From the NCBI GenBank assembly GCA_964405065.1, contig CAYOMO010000001.1, forward strand, positions 1 to 63,836: 63,836 nucleotides of DNA, read 5' to 3'. Source of the DNA: an uncultured Gammaproteobacteria bacterium. GTDB lineage: Bacteria > Patescibacteriota > Microgenomatia > Daviesbacterales > UBA10151. The notes below the pieces were generated by a model. That model worked only from the letters and a program-made list of their open reading frames with translations, was not told where the DNA came from and did no database searches. The translations under genes were made by a program, and so were the position numbers. Numbering within the stretch: position 1 is the stretch's first letter; the number at the start of each line of letters is the position of its first letter. This document shows positions 16,900 through 26,413 of the stretch, piece by piece.

Positions 16900-18572
16900 A
16901 AATTCACAATTTACAATTTTCAATTTTCAGTATAGTGCTGGTTACCATTGTTGTTTTAGCAGCGATTTTAAGACTCTGGGGGATTGGGCAGTATCCGGCT
17001 GGACTAAATGCCGATGAAGCGGCAATTGGGTATAACGCCTATTCATTGATACAAACAGGTAAAGATGAGTATGGCAATTGGTTTCCTTTAGCATTTACTT
17101 CATTTGGGGACTTTAAGCCAGGGCTTTATTTTTATATTGTGTTGCCTTTTGTTGCCACATTTGGTTTGAATGAATTGGCAGTTAGATTACCATCTGCTTT
17201 ATTGGGAATTGGTACTGTCGTACTAATATATTTTCTGGCCAAACAGCTATTTAGAAATCAGTGGGTCGGTTTATCTGCAGCGTTTTTACTGGCAATTACT
17301 CCTTGGCATGTGGCTTTTTCTAGGGGAAGCTGGGAAACCAATGCCGCCACTTTTTTTATTACTTTAGGAATTTATTTATTCATTAAAAAAATTGGAGATC
17401 CAAAATATCTTTTCTTTAGTCTTTTGAGCTTTTTGGTTTCCATGTATATCTATCAGAGTCCTCGATTGGTTGTTCCTGTTTTAGTGTTGGGATTAACCGG
17501 TTTGTACTGGAAAGAGTTGTTTAAAACAGTCAAATCCAATTGGAAATCATTTAGTGTAATGGTAGTTATTTTAGGAATTTTGACTGTTCCTTTAGCGCTG
17601 CAGTTTGTAGGTGGATCTGGTTCTGCCCGGTTTAGTGGATTGTCGTTTTTATCAGATATTGGCCCTGAAAACAGGGTTAATGAACTTCGAGGAGAGCATC
17701 CGAATGCTGGTGGTATTTTTGCTAAGATTTTTCATAATAAAATTACTGCCTACGCTCCACAATTTTTTAGTCACTATGTTGATCATTTCAGGGGAGATTT
17801 TTTGTTTATCAATGGTGATCCGATTATTCGCAATAAAGCTCCAGAAGCTGGTCAATTTTATTTACTTACCGCAGTTTTCTTAGTCATTGGTTTAGTTGGA
17901 CTATTGCGAATGGATTCCAAGTATAAATGGGTAGTTTTAGTCTGGTTGCTGGTTTCACCAATTGCCTCATCGATGACTTATCAGACTCCCAATGCGGTCA
18001 GAGCTTTAACAATGGTGATCCCGTTTGTTTTGATAATGGCTTTAGGTATGGTCAACATTGTTCGATTTTTCAGTAAAAAATCGTTTAAAGTAGTGATAAT
18101 TGGATTAATCTTAATGGTTCTTAGCTATGAAACTTTTCATTTTATTGAAAGTTATTTTATCCATTCACCCCAAAGATATCCATTAGCCTGGGAATCTGGC
18201 TTCCGCGAGATGGTAGGTAAAATGCAACAGTATGAAAATGATTATCAAAAAGTTGTTATCACCGATCGCTATGATCAACCGTATATTTTAACCCTTTTTT
18301 TCAAAGCAGCTTTAGCCCAGGAAGAGGGAAGAACTTTCAATTCGGCTGATTATCAAAGTAAACTGATTTTATCTGAAAGAGATAAGTTTAATTTTGGTAC
18401 TGTCAGGTCATTTGATAAGTATGAATTTAAAGAAGTAAAACCCGAAGAAATAATGGAAGCAAAAAACACTTTATTTATAGTAACTCCCAAAGAAGTGCCG
18501 CCGAATTCGGATATAATTGATCGAGTGAAATTTCCAAATGGGGAAGATGCGTTTGTGTTTATAAAAAAATAA
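16896..18572 (+). CDS. PMT/ArnT-like GT-C glycosyltransferase, paralog 6 of 6
   Basis: ATGA overlap with the upstream gene. Carries ADEAAIGYNAYSLIQTGKDEYG, FGDFKPGLYFY, NELAVRLPSALLG, TPWHVAFSRGSWE and VSPIASSMT. Confidence 0.88.
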   Translation: MKIHNLQFSIFSIVLVTIVVLAAILRLWGIGQYPAGLNADEAAIGYNAYSLIQTGKDEYGNWFPLAFTSFGDFKPGLYFYIVLPFVATFGLNELAVRLPSALLGIGTVVLIYFLAKQLFRNQWVGLSAAFLLAITPWHVAFSRGSWETNAATFFITLGIYLFIKKIGDPKYLFFSLLSFLVSMYIYQSPRLVVPVLVLGLTGLYWKELFKTVKSNWKSFSVMVVILGILTVPLALQFVGGSGSARFSGLSFLSDIGPENRVNELRGEHPNAGGIFAKIFHNKITAYAPQFFSHYVDHFRGDFLFINGDPIIRNKAPEAGQFYLLTAVFLVIGLVGLLRMDSKYKWVVLVWLLVSPIASSMTYQTPNAVRALTMVIPFVLIMALGMVNIVRFFSKKSFKVVIIGLILMVLSYETFHFIESYFIHSPQRYPLAWESGFREMVGKMQQYENDYQKVVITDRYDQPYILTLFFKAALAQEEGRTFNSADYQSKLILSERDKFNFGTVRSFDKYEFKEVKPEEIMEAKNTLFIVTPKEVPPNSDIIDRVKFPNGEDAFVFIKK

Positions 18573-18610
18573 TTATTAAATTGTTAGTATTGTTAAATTG
18601 TTGAAAAATT

Positions 18611-19468
18611 ATGAAACTTTCAGTTGCGATTGCTACTTATAATGAAGAGGCCAATATTGGTGATTGTTTGCAATCTGTAAAAGCTATTGCTGATGAGATT
18701 GTGATTGTCGATGGTACTTCTTCTGATCGAACAGTTGAAATTGCCAAAGAGTATGGATCTAAAGTTACCGTTACTGAAAATCATGCTAATTTTCATATCA
18801 ACAAACAAAAATCTTTTGATTTATCCAAAGGCGAATGGATTCTTTATTTGGATGCTGATGAGAGAGTATCTCCTGCTTTGGCAAAAGAAATTAGTCGGGT
18901 GATTGAGATGTCGCAAGAGGAACTGGAAAAGTATCAACAATCTTTGCCACATAAAAGCCTGTTTGATAGACACCAACAGTTGCTAGAACAGCGAGACGGT
19001 GGTATTGGGAAAAAAGATGGTGAATATGTGGCATTTTTCTTTCCCCGGCTTAATTATTTTCTTGGTAAATATCTGCGTTATGGTGGGGTTTATCCAGATG
19101 GGGTCATCCGGCTTTTTAAACGGAATAAAGCGTACTTGCCAGCCAAAGATGTCCATGAGCAGATGGTAGTGATGGGTCGAGTGGGGTGGTTACAACACGA
19201 TCTGTTGCATATTGATTCTCCTACTTTTGAGCGGTATATCAAAAGAAACAACCGATATATTGATTTGCTTGTGACACAGCTTAAAGAAGCAAAAATTAAA
19301 AAAAACTTTATAAATTTTGTAAACTATGAAATTATTAAACCACTAAATTGGTTTTTTATGACACTAATCCGACATAAAGGAATACTGGATGGTTATCAGG
19401 GAATTATTTTTTCATTTTTTTCTGCCTTGAGATTTCCCAGAGCTTTTTGGAGGTATATAAATTCCTAA
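18611..19468 (+). CDS. Glycosyltransferase family 2 (paralog of 2760-3563)
   Basis: 285 aa. Carries LSVAIATYNEEANIGDCLQSV, IVIVDGTSSDRT, YLDADERV and the same hydrophobic C-terminal tail type (GYQGIIFSFFSALRFPRAFW). Confidence 0.85.
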   Translation: MKLSVAIATYNEEANIGDCLQSVKAIADEIVIVDGTSSDRTVEIAKEYGSKVTVTENHANFHINKQKSFDLSKGEWILYLDADERVSPALAKEISRVIEMSQEELEKYQQSLPHKSLFDRHQQLLEQRDGGIGKKDGEYVAFFFPRLNYFLGKYLRYGGVYPDGVIRLFKRNKAYLPAKDVHEQMVVMGRVGWLQHDLLHIDSPTFERYIKRNNRYIDLLVTQLKEAKIKKNFINFVNYEIIKPLNWFFMTLIRHKGILDGYQGIIFSFFSALRFPRAFWRYINS

Positions 19469-19469
19469 T

Positions 19470-20522
19470 ATGAAAGTTGGTATAGATATTTCCGCTCTTA
19501 ATTCGATGAGTAAAGGGCGCGGTATTGGTTTTTATAGTGATTATTTAATTAAATCTTTGAAACAGTATACAAATGTTGAAGTGATAGTGATTGACGGCCG
19601 AGAGCTGATTGCCGACAGCCGACAGCTGGACTTAATTCATTATCCGTTCTTTGATTTTTTTAAGCCGACTTTGAAAGTTGACCCGGACATCCCGACGGTT
19701 GTGACAATTCATGATGTTATTCCGTTGCTTTTCCCCAAACACTATCCGTCTGGAATTAAAGGCCGAATCAATCTATTTAGACAAAAACAAGCTCTAAAAA
19801 AAGTTAAAGCAATTATTACTGATTCTGAGACGTCAACACGGGATGTTAAAAAAGTTTTTTCAATTAACCAGGATCGTATTTTTAGTGTTTATTTAGATTG
19901 TGCGGATGATTTTAAAAATATTAAAGAAAAAAAATCAGTCACAGCTACTTTGGTTAGATATCATTTGCCGACGAGGTATCTTTTATACACAGGAAGTGTC
20001 AATTGGAATAAAAATTTGCTTAATCAGACCAAAGCCGCTTTGGCTCAGGGAATAGATATTGTATACATTGGTAAAGGATTTGAACAAAAAGATCAGCTCG
20101 ATCATCCTGAGATGGCCAGTTTTAAACAATTTTTGGAAAAGTATGCTAATAATTCACGGGTTCATGTTTTAGGATTTGTTCCACATGAGGATTTGATAAA
20201 TTTAATAAGTGGTGCACAGGCTATTTTGTATGTATCTTTTTACGAAGGATTTGGTTTGCCTATTTTAGAAGCTCAGTCTTGTGGCACGCCAGTCATAACT
20301 GCTAACACATCATCTATGGTTGAAGTGGCCGGAAAAGCAGCAATTTTGGTCGATCCGGATGACGAGAAAGCGATAGAACAGGCGATATATAAAATTGTAA
20401 ATCAACCAAAAATAGCAGATGAACTTCGTCAAAAAGGTATTGCCAATTTAGAACGTTTTTCCTGGGAAAAAACCGCTCATGAAACGGTAAAAGTATATAA
20501 ATATGCATTATCTAAATCATAA
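19470..20522 (+). CDS. Glycosyltransferase family 4 (GT-B)
   Basis: 350 aa. YEGFGLPILEAQSCGTPVITANTSSMVEVAG contains the E-x7-E motif. Confidence 0.85.
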   Translation: MKVGIDISALNSMSKGRGIGFYSDYLIKSLKQYTNVEVIVIDGRELIADSRQLDLIHYPFFDFFKPTLKVDPDIPTVVTIHDVIPLLFPKHYPSGIKGRINLFRQKQALKKVKAIITDSETSTRDVKKVFSINQDRIFSVYLDCADDFKNIKEKKSVTATLVRYHLPTRYLLYTGSVNWNKNLLNQTKAALAQGIDIVYIGKGFEQKDQLDHPEMASFKQFLEKYANNSRVHVLGFVPHEDLINLISGAQAILYVSFYEGFGLPILEAQSCGTPVITANTSSMVEVAGKAAILVDPDDEKAIEQAIYKIVNQPKIADELRQKGIANLERFSWEKTAHETVKVYKYALSKS

Positions 20523-21654
20523 AATCACTCCGGATATAAAAAAAATAGGTTTGTTTTTTTTACTCTGGAAAATCTTTTTGTATCTCAGTTTGGTGATAGC
20601 TTTTTGTTTTATACCACTTGGAGGAAAGAATTTTTTTGGTGGTGGTTTAGAACTTTACAACCAGTTTCCGTATCTTTTAGCCTGGGCCAATTTTGATGGT
20701 GAACATTATATGTCAATTGCCATGAATGGCTATCAAAGTCTAGAACAAGCATTTTTTCCTTTGTACCCACTGCTGATTCATGTGGGAATCTGGCTTTTAC
20801 CTGATAATTTCCTTACTACATCTGCGGTTGGATTAATTATCTCAAACATGGCTTTTTTGATCGCTTTATGGTTGGTTTATAAACTGGTTCGGCTCGAGTA
20901 TTCGGCTAAAATCGCATTTTTGACTGTTGGTTTGTTGTTGGTTTTTCCAACCTCTTTTTATTATGGAGCAGTCTATACAGAAAGTTTGTTTTTATTATTT
21001 TCGGTGGCAGCTTTTTATTTTTCTCGTCAGGAAAAATGGTGGTTGGTAGCTTTGATGGGTATCTTAGCGTGTAGTACACGTGTTTTCGGTGTACTGCTTT
21101 TACCGGCCTTACTAATTGATGTTTTTATCGATAGGAAAAGTTTTTCCAAATGGTATCCACTCCTTTTTATTCCACTTGGATTATTGCTTTATATGATATA
21201 TTTATACGCTACAGTTGGTGATCCATTGGCATTTTATACATTACAGTCTTTAATAGGAGAGCATCGACAAAAGGGTATTATTTTATTTCCCCAAGTGGTA
21301 TATCGCTATCTCAATATTTTAGTTCACTATCAAAAAATTGATATTTTTTTGGCTACCTTTTTGCTTGAATTTTTTTCAACCTTACTTTTTTTCATTATTC
21401 CGATCTGGGCATTTTTTAAAAAAGTAAGATGGTCGTATATTTTTTATTCACTAGCAAGTTTACTACTTCCTACTATTCAGGGAAGTTTTTCATCCGGTGC
21501 TCGTTATGTTTTAGTCATATTTCCGGTTTTTATGATGATGGCGATGATTATTGAAAAATGGCCGAAGCTGTTTCAGCGAATGCTTTTTCTTTTATCAGCT
21601 GTTTTATTGTTTCTTTTTACCATATTATTTGTTAGAGGATACTGGGTAGCATGA
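20503..21654 (+). CDS. Polytopic membrane protein, PIG-V/Gpi18-like mannosyltransferase-type GT-C candidate
   Basis: 383 aa and multi-TM. The loop WANFDGEHYMSIAMNGY matches the W-D-x-x-x-Y-x-x-IA-x-x-GY signature I associate with the Mannosyl_trans2 (PIG-V) family. Overlaps the upstream gene by 20 nt. Confidence 0.6.
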   Translation: MHYLNHKITPDIKKIGLFFLLWKIFLYLSLVIAFCFIPLGGKNFFGGGLELYNQFPYLLAWANFDGEHYMSIAMNGYQSLEQAFFPLYPLLIHVGIWLLPDNFLTTSAVGLIISNMAFLIALWLVYKLVRLEYSAKIAFLTVGLLLVFPTSFYYGAVYTESLFLLFSVAAFYFSRQEKWWLVALMGILACSTRVFGVLLLPALLIDVFIDRKSFSKWYPLLFIPLGLLLYMIYLYATVGDPLAFYTLQSLIGEHRQKGIILFPQVVYRYLNILVHYQKIDIFLATFLLEFFSTLLFFIIPIWAFFKKVRWSYIFYSLASLLLPTIQGSFSSGARYVLVIFPVFMMMAMIIEKWPKLFQRMLFLLSAVLLFLFTILFVRGYWVA

Positions 21655-22916
21655 AAAAAATAATTCACTCTGCAATCAAACATCCTTTTTTCTCTTCTAG
21701 TGTAGTAATGATTGTAGGAACAAATTCCATCAATGGAATAAACTATTTGTATCATTTATTGATGGGTCGTTTATTAGGCCCATCTGATTATGGCGAGTTG
21801 TCAGCTTTTTTCTCACTGATTGGGCTTCTTTCGGTGGTGCCTTTATCTTTTGGTACGGTGATTATTAAATTTATAGCTGCTTCTAAAACAGACTCCGAAG
21901 TCGCTGGTTATTTACGATGGTTTATAAAGCCGGTATTTATATTGTCCATACTTTTGGCTTTGGGCACAGCAATAAGTGCGCCTTTTTTGGCCAAATATTT
22001 AAATACGCCGCATACCTGGGGGATATTAATCATTGCTGTGTCATTTTTATTTGGTTTGCCATCTTATTTATTTAGATCTGTATTACAAGGATTAATTAAA
22101 TTTCATTTGGTAGTGACTAGTTTGATATCTGAGACAGCACTTAAGCTATTGGCGGCTTTGATATTTATTTGGATTGGTTGGGGAGTGATGGGCGCAATGA
22201 CTGGATTATTGGTGGCTATAATAGCTGGTTGTCTAATTAGTTATTTTTTCTTGAAAAATTATTTTTCGGTTGCGCCAGCGACTCATTTGGATAAGAAAGG
22301 TGTAATTTCTTTCACTATGCCGGTTTTGATCCAAACGATTGCGATGACTTCATTGATGTCAGTAGATTTGATCTTAGTTAAACATTTTTTTTCTAGTTTT
22401 GATGCTGGAGTTTATGCCGCGGTAGCCACAATGGGAAAAATTATTTTATTTGCTAGTGCCCCAGTGGCGACAGTAATGTTCCCACTGATTACTAAAAAAT
22501 ATTCATTAAATGAAAATTTTACACCAATATTTTTCTTAAGTTTATTTGCTACTGTGTTGGTAGTTACCAGTGTAATAATGATTTATTATTTCTTTCCTTA
22601 TTTTGCCATGGGTATGTTGTATGGTGATAAATATTTTTCCGGTATTTCTCTTTTAGTTCCTTATGCACTTTATACGGGGCTTTTGTCTTTGGTTGGTCTT
22701 TATACCAATTTATATATGTCAATAAATCACAATAAAGTTATGATATTGCCGCTATTAGCTGCCGTAGCTCAGTTTGGAGTGATAAATCTGCTTCATAATT
22801 CAATTGCGGAGGTCGTGTGGATTTCAGTTGTTGTTGCGGCTTTATTATTTGGTTTATTGTCAGTATACTTTTTGACAGTTGTTTATTCTAAAAAAAATGA
22901 AAAAAATAAAAGCTGA
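21651..22916 (+). CDS. Wzx/MOP-superfamily oligosaccharide flippase
   Basis: 421 aa with ~12 hydrophobic segments. The N-terminal GRLLGPSDYGELSAFFSL motif is typical of Polysacc_synt flippases. ATGA overlap with the upstream gene. Confidence 0.75.
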   Translation: MKKIIHSAIKHPFFSSSVVMIVGTNSINGINYLYHLLMGRLLGPSDYGELSAFFSLIGLLSVVPLSFGTVIIKFIAASKTDSEVAGYLRWFIKPVFILSILLALGTAISAPFLAKYLNTPHTWGILIIAVSFLFGLPSYLFRSVLQGLIKFHLVVTSLISETALKLLAALIFIWIGWGVMGAMTGLLVAIIAGCLISYFFLKNYFSVAPATHLDKKGVISFTMPVLIQTIAMTSLMSVDLILVKHFFSSFDAGVYAAVATMGKIILFASAPVATVMFPLITKKYSLNENFTPIFFLSLFATVLVVTSVIMIYYFFPYFAMGMLYGDKYFSGISLLVPYALYTGLLSLVGLYTNLYMSINHNKVMILPLLAAVAQFGVINLLHNSIAEVVWISVVVAALLFGLLSVYFLTVVYSKKNEKNKS

Positions 22917-24444
22917 ATATTTTGGTCTGTTTATTCTGATACTTATGGCATTTAGTTTGAGGATCTTGCCGTTGTTTCAAGGGCATTTGTCTTTTCATTT
23001 TGATATGGCAAGGGATGCATTTGTTTCTGAACAGATTTGGAGGAATTTTGATGTTAAAATTCAAGGACCAGCAACATCGACTCCTGGTTTGTTTCACGGA
23101 GTTTTATATTACTATCTGATCGCCCCTTTTTATGCATTGGGTCAAGGAAACCCTTTTTTTGTGGCTGTAGCTTTAGCATTATTGAATGCTTCAACAATAA
23201 TTCCGCTTTATTTATTGGCAAAGGCTTTTTTTAAATCAAAAAATTGGGCGTTTTTACTTGTGAGTATCTGGACTATTTCTTTTGAAGCGATCCAGTATGG
23301 TCCTTGGCTTTCAAACCCTCAGCCAGCAGTATTAACATCAGCCTGGTTTTTTTATTTTTTGTATCAATGGATTCAAAAGAAAAAATGGGGTTTCATAGGT
23401 GCTTGTATATGCGCGGCATTGTCGATGCAGTTTCAATTTTTCTTGTTGTATTTATTCTTTGTCATAATAGCGGCTAATTTTTTATTTAAGATTCAGCCCC
23501 CAATTAAATCAATTTTACTGGGAATTAGTCTGATACTACTAATTTTATCTACTATGGTTGCAGCTGTTTTATTTTTTGGCGGACCCATACAACTAATTAC
23601 GAGTTTGACTGCCTTTTCCGATACTAAGGGTAGTCTGGATGCCAATTTCACTGATCTTTTTTTGACTTATATCAACAATTTATCAAAAGTTTTCACTAAT
23701 AATTTATTTCCGTTAAATGTTTTTTTGGGGGGAATTATTTTTGTTGTGACATTGATTTGGATCATCCTAAAAAAACAGCTATTTATTGTTTTGGGGATTT
23801 TTTCGAGTGTGGTGATGTTCTTTTTTGGTGGACACAGTAATGTTTATGCCAATATAGCCTTGGTCCCCCCAATGCTTTTAGGATTTGTATTTGTGCTTAA
23901 ATCTCTCTGGCCAAAATATAAAAGTGGAGTTTTTTTTATATTACTGATGGTGATAATAGCCAATCTGTATATGACTATAAAAGCTGTACCAAAAGGACAA
24001 TATCTGTTAGTAATTCAGCCAGATATGACATTAAACAACCAACTGGCATTGATTGATCAAACTTATCTCTTGTCAGATGGCAAACCATTTGCTATTAATT
24101 CGCTGACAGTTCCTTTGTGGACTAATACTACCTGGGCTTACTTGTATCATTTTTATGGTTATCAAAAGTATGGGTATGTACCGGTGTTTTATGGAAATGA
24201 TCCGATCGGTACTTTAGGTCAGGATATCGTTCATAAAGGAAAGGCTGAAAAAAAGTTTTATATTATCGAGCCTTTGAAAGGTATACCTGGTAATATTGCT
24301 GATTCAGAGTTTAGTAAAGAAGATGGAAATACCAGTTTAGTCAAAGAATACAATTATGGCCAAGTCCGCTTACAAGAAAGAATTAGCAAAAACCAAAACC
24401 AGCTCTCTTCTGAAGCCAGCCAAAGTGCGGAAAAAATTAATTAG
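22897..24444 (+). CDS. Polytopic membrane protein with C-terminal soluble domain, GT-C-like candidate
   Basis: ATG 22897 (MKKIKAEYFG) is preferred over the tracked TTG 22879. Multi-TM. First loop is HLSFHFDMARDAFVSEQIW. A ~150-aa hydrophilic C-terminus follows. The function is inferred only from architecture and context. Confidence 0.45.
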   Translation: MKKIKAEYFGLFILILMAFSLRILPLFQGHLSFHFDMARDAFVSEQIWRNFDVKIQGPATSTPGLFHGVLYYYLIAPFYALGQGNPFFVAVALALLNASTIIPLYLLAKAFFKSKNWAFLLVSIWTISFEAIQYGPWLSNPQPAVLTSAWFFYFLYQWIQKKKWGFIGACICAALSMQFQFFLLYLFFVIIAANFLFKIQPPIKSILLGISLILLILSTMVAAVLFFGGPIQLITSLTAFSDTKGSLDANFTDLFLTYINNLSKVFTNNLFPLNVFLGGIIFVVTLIWIILKKQLFIVLGIFSSVVMFFFGGHSNVYANIALVPPMLLGFVFVLKSLWPKYKSGVFFILLMVIIANLYMTIKAVPKGQYLLVIQPDMTLNNQLALIDQTYLLSDGKPFAINSLTVPLWTNTTWAYLYHFYGYQKYGYVPVFYGNDPIGTLGQDIVHKGKAEKKFYIIEPLKGIPGNIADSEFSKEDGNTSLVKEYNYGQVRLQERISKNQNQLSSEASQSAEKIN

Positions 24445-25240
24445 GTTGGTTTCTGTAATTGTTCCGGCATATCGTCAGGAAAAAACAATCCAAAAAGATC
24501 TTCGTCGAATCAAACTTGTTTTAGATAAATTGCGTTATAAAACAGAACTTATTTGCGTGGTTGATGGGACGCTTGATAAAACTTTTGAAAAAGCTAAAAA
24601 AATCACTAAAAAATACCGAGGTGTTAAAGTTGTTGGATATGAGGTAAACAGAGGTAAAGGTTACGCTGTTCGTTTTGGGATGGCTAAAAGTCGGGGAGAT
24701 ATTATTGCTTTTATTGATTCAGGAATGGATCTGGATCCCAATGGGCTGTCAATGCTCTTGGAACATTTTGAATGGTATAAAGCCGATATTATAGTGGGGT
24801 CAAAAAGACATCCAGTTTCAAAAGTCGACTACCCCTGGCAAAGAAGGATTTTGTCGATCGGTTATCAGATACTCGTTCGTTTGTTATTTGACTTAAAAGT
24901 GAAAGATACCCAGGTTGGATTAAAAGTATTTCGTCGTGAGGTGCTTGAAAAAGTTTTGCCGAGGCTTTTGGTCAAAGCTTATGCTTTTGATATCGAAATG
25001 TTGTCGGTGGCAAATTACTTGGGTTTTAAACGAATTTATGAGGCTCCGGTTGAGTTGAGGTTGGATTTTGGTGGAGGTTCTGTATTAACAAGTCAAAAGT
25101 TTTTACGAACATTGATGTATATGATGCTTGATACGATGGCTGTTTTTTATCGTTTAAAAATCCGAAAATATTATGATGATAAAAGCTCAAGAAGGTGGAA
25201 ATACGACCCAGAACTCAATTTTCGTATTAATATTGGTTGA
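24356..25240 (+). CDS. Glycosyltransferase family 2, DPM1/polyprenyl-phosphate glycosyltransferase-like
   Basis: Carries VSVIVPAYRQEKTI, VDGTLDKT, GKGYAVRFGMAKSRGD, IDSGMDLDP, VGSKRHP and KDTQVGLKVFRREVL. The start is uncertain: ATG 24356 overlaps the upstream gene by 89 nt. An in-frame TTG at 24446, 2 nt after the upstream TAG, would give a typical GT2 N-terminus. Confidence 0.75.
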   Translation: MAKSAYKKELAKTKTSSLLKPAKVRKKLIRLVSVIVPAYRQEKTIQKDLRRIKLVLDKLRYKTELICVVDGTLDKTFEKAKKITKKYRGVKVVGYEVNRGKGYAVRFGMAKSRGDIIAFIDSGMDLDPNGLSMLLEHFEWYKADIIVGSKRHPVSKVDYPWQRRILSIGYQILVRLLFDLKVKDTQVGLKVFRREVLEKVLPRLLVKAYAFDIEMLSVANYLGFKRIYEAPVELRLDFGGGSVLTSQKFLRTLMYMMLDTMAVFYRLKIRKYYDDKSSRRWKYDPELNFRINIG

Positions 25241-25243
25241 TCA

Positions 25244-26371
25244 ATGAAAAAAAAGACTTCACTTTCTATTTTAATTTTTTCATGGCGAGGCCCTCAGCAT
25301 CCTCATGCTGGTGGGGCGGAGATTGTGACTCATGAACATGCCAAAGCTTGGGTAAAAAAAGGTCACCAAGTGACTTTATTTACTTCTACTTTTGACCAGG
25401 CTTTAGCGGAAGAAAATATTGACGGCGTGAGAATAGTCAGAAGAGGGTCACAGATACTGTCAGTTCAGTTACAAGCCTTTTTTTGGTACTTATTTGGGCA
25501 GTCACAGACCTTTGATTTGGTTATTGATCAGTTTCATGGATTACCGTTTTTTACTCCACTTTTTGTTCGTAGTAAAAAGATGGCTTTTATTCATGAAGTT
25601 ACCAAAGATGTCTGGAGATACAATCCTTTAGGGGAACCTTTTCATTCGATTGTTTCCTGGCTTGGTCAAATAGGAGAACCAGCTATTTTTAGGTTCTTTT
25701 ATAAAAAGATACCGTTTATGACCGTTTCAGCTTCGACTAAATCTGAATTGGTCGAATATGGTGTTCCTCCAGCAGCCATTCAAGTGGTTCACAACGGTTT
25801 TCATCAAGTTAAAACTTCTAAAAAAAATAATCGGTCTGTGATAACTTTTATCGGAGCAATTGCTAAAGATAAAGGAATTGAAGATGCAATCAAAGTTTTT
25901 GCTTTATTAAAAAATTTATCATTTTCATTTTGGGTAATTGGTAAACATGATGATGAATATTTCCGTAAAATTAAAAAATTAGTTGAAACATATGATTTAA
26001 AAAAAAGGGTTAAATTTTGGGGTTATGTCACCCAATCAAAAAAATTCGAACTATTAAGTCGTAGTTTTTTGGTAGTCAATCCCTCAGTCAGAGAGGGGTG
26101 GGGATTGACGGTGATTGAATCAGCGGCGGTAAAAACCCCAACTGTAGCTTACCGTGTAAGCGGATTGAAAGATGCTATTGTTCATGGTAAGACCGGTATT
26201 TTAGTCAATCAGAAAACACCTGAATCTTTAGCACAGGCTATAAAAAAGATATATGAAGATCAATCTTTTTATAGAAAGTTACAAATACAAGGTTATCAAT
26301 GGTCAAAAAAATTTAATTGGTTGAAAGCTACAAAGCAAAGTACATCTTTAATTGAAAAGATCGTATCCTGA
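25244..26371 (+). CDS. Glycosyltransferase family 4 (GT-B)
   Basis: 375 aa. REGWGLTVIESAAVKTPTVAYRVSGLKDAIVHGKTG contains the E-x7-E motif. Confidence 0.85.
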   Translation: MKKKTSLSILIFSWRGPQHPHAGGAEIVTHEHAKAWVKKGHQVTLFTSTFDQALAEENIDGVRIVRRGSQILSVQLQAFFWYLFGQSQTFDLVIDQFHGLPFFTPLFVRSKKMAFIHEVTKDVWRYNPLGEPFHSIVSWLGQIGEPAIFRFFYKKIPFMTVSASTKSELVEYGVPPAAIQVVHNGFHQVKTSKKNNRSVITFIGAIAKDKGIEDAIKVFALLKNLSFSFWVIGKHDDEYFRKIKKLVETYDLKKRVKFWGYVTQSKKFELLSRSFLVVNPSVREGWGLTVIESAAVKTPTVAYRVSGLKDAIVHGKTGILVNQKTPESLAQAIKKIYEDQSFYRKLQIQGYQWSKKFNWLKATKQSTSLIEKIVS

Positions 26372-26413
26372 TATTGCATTGATTGATGTTAGTTATTAGA
26401 ATCGAATAAACCC

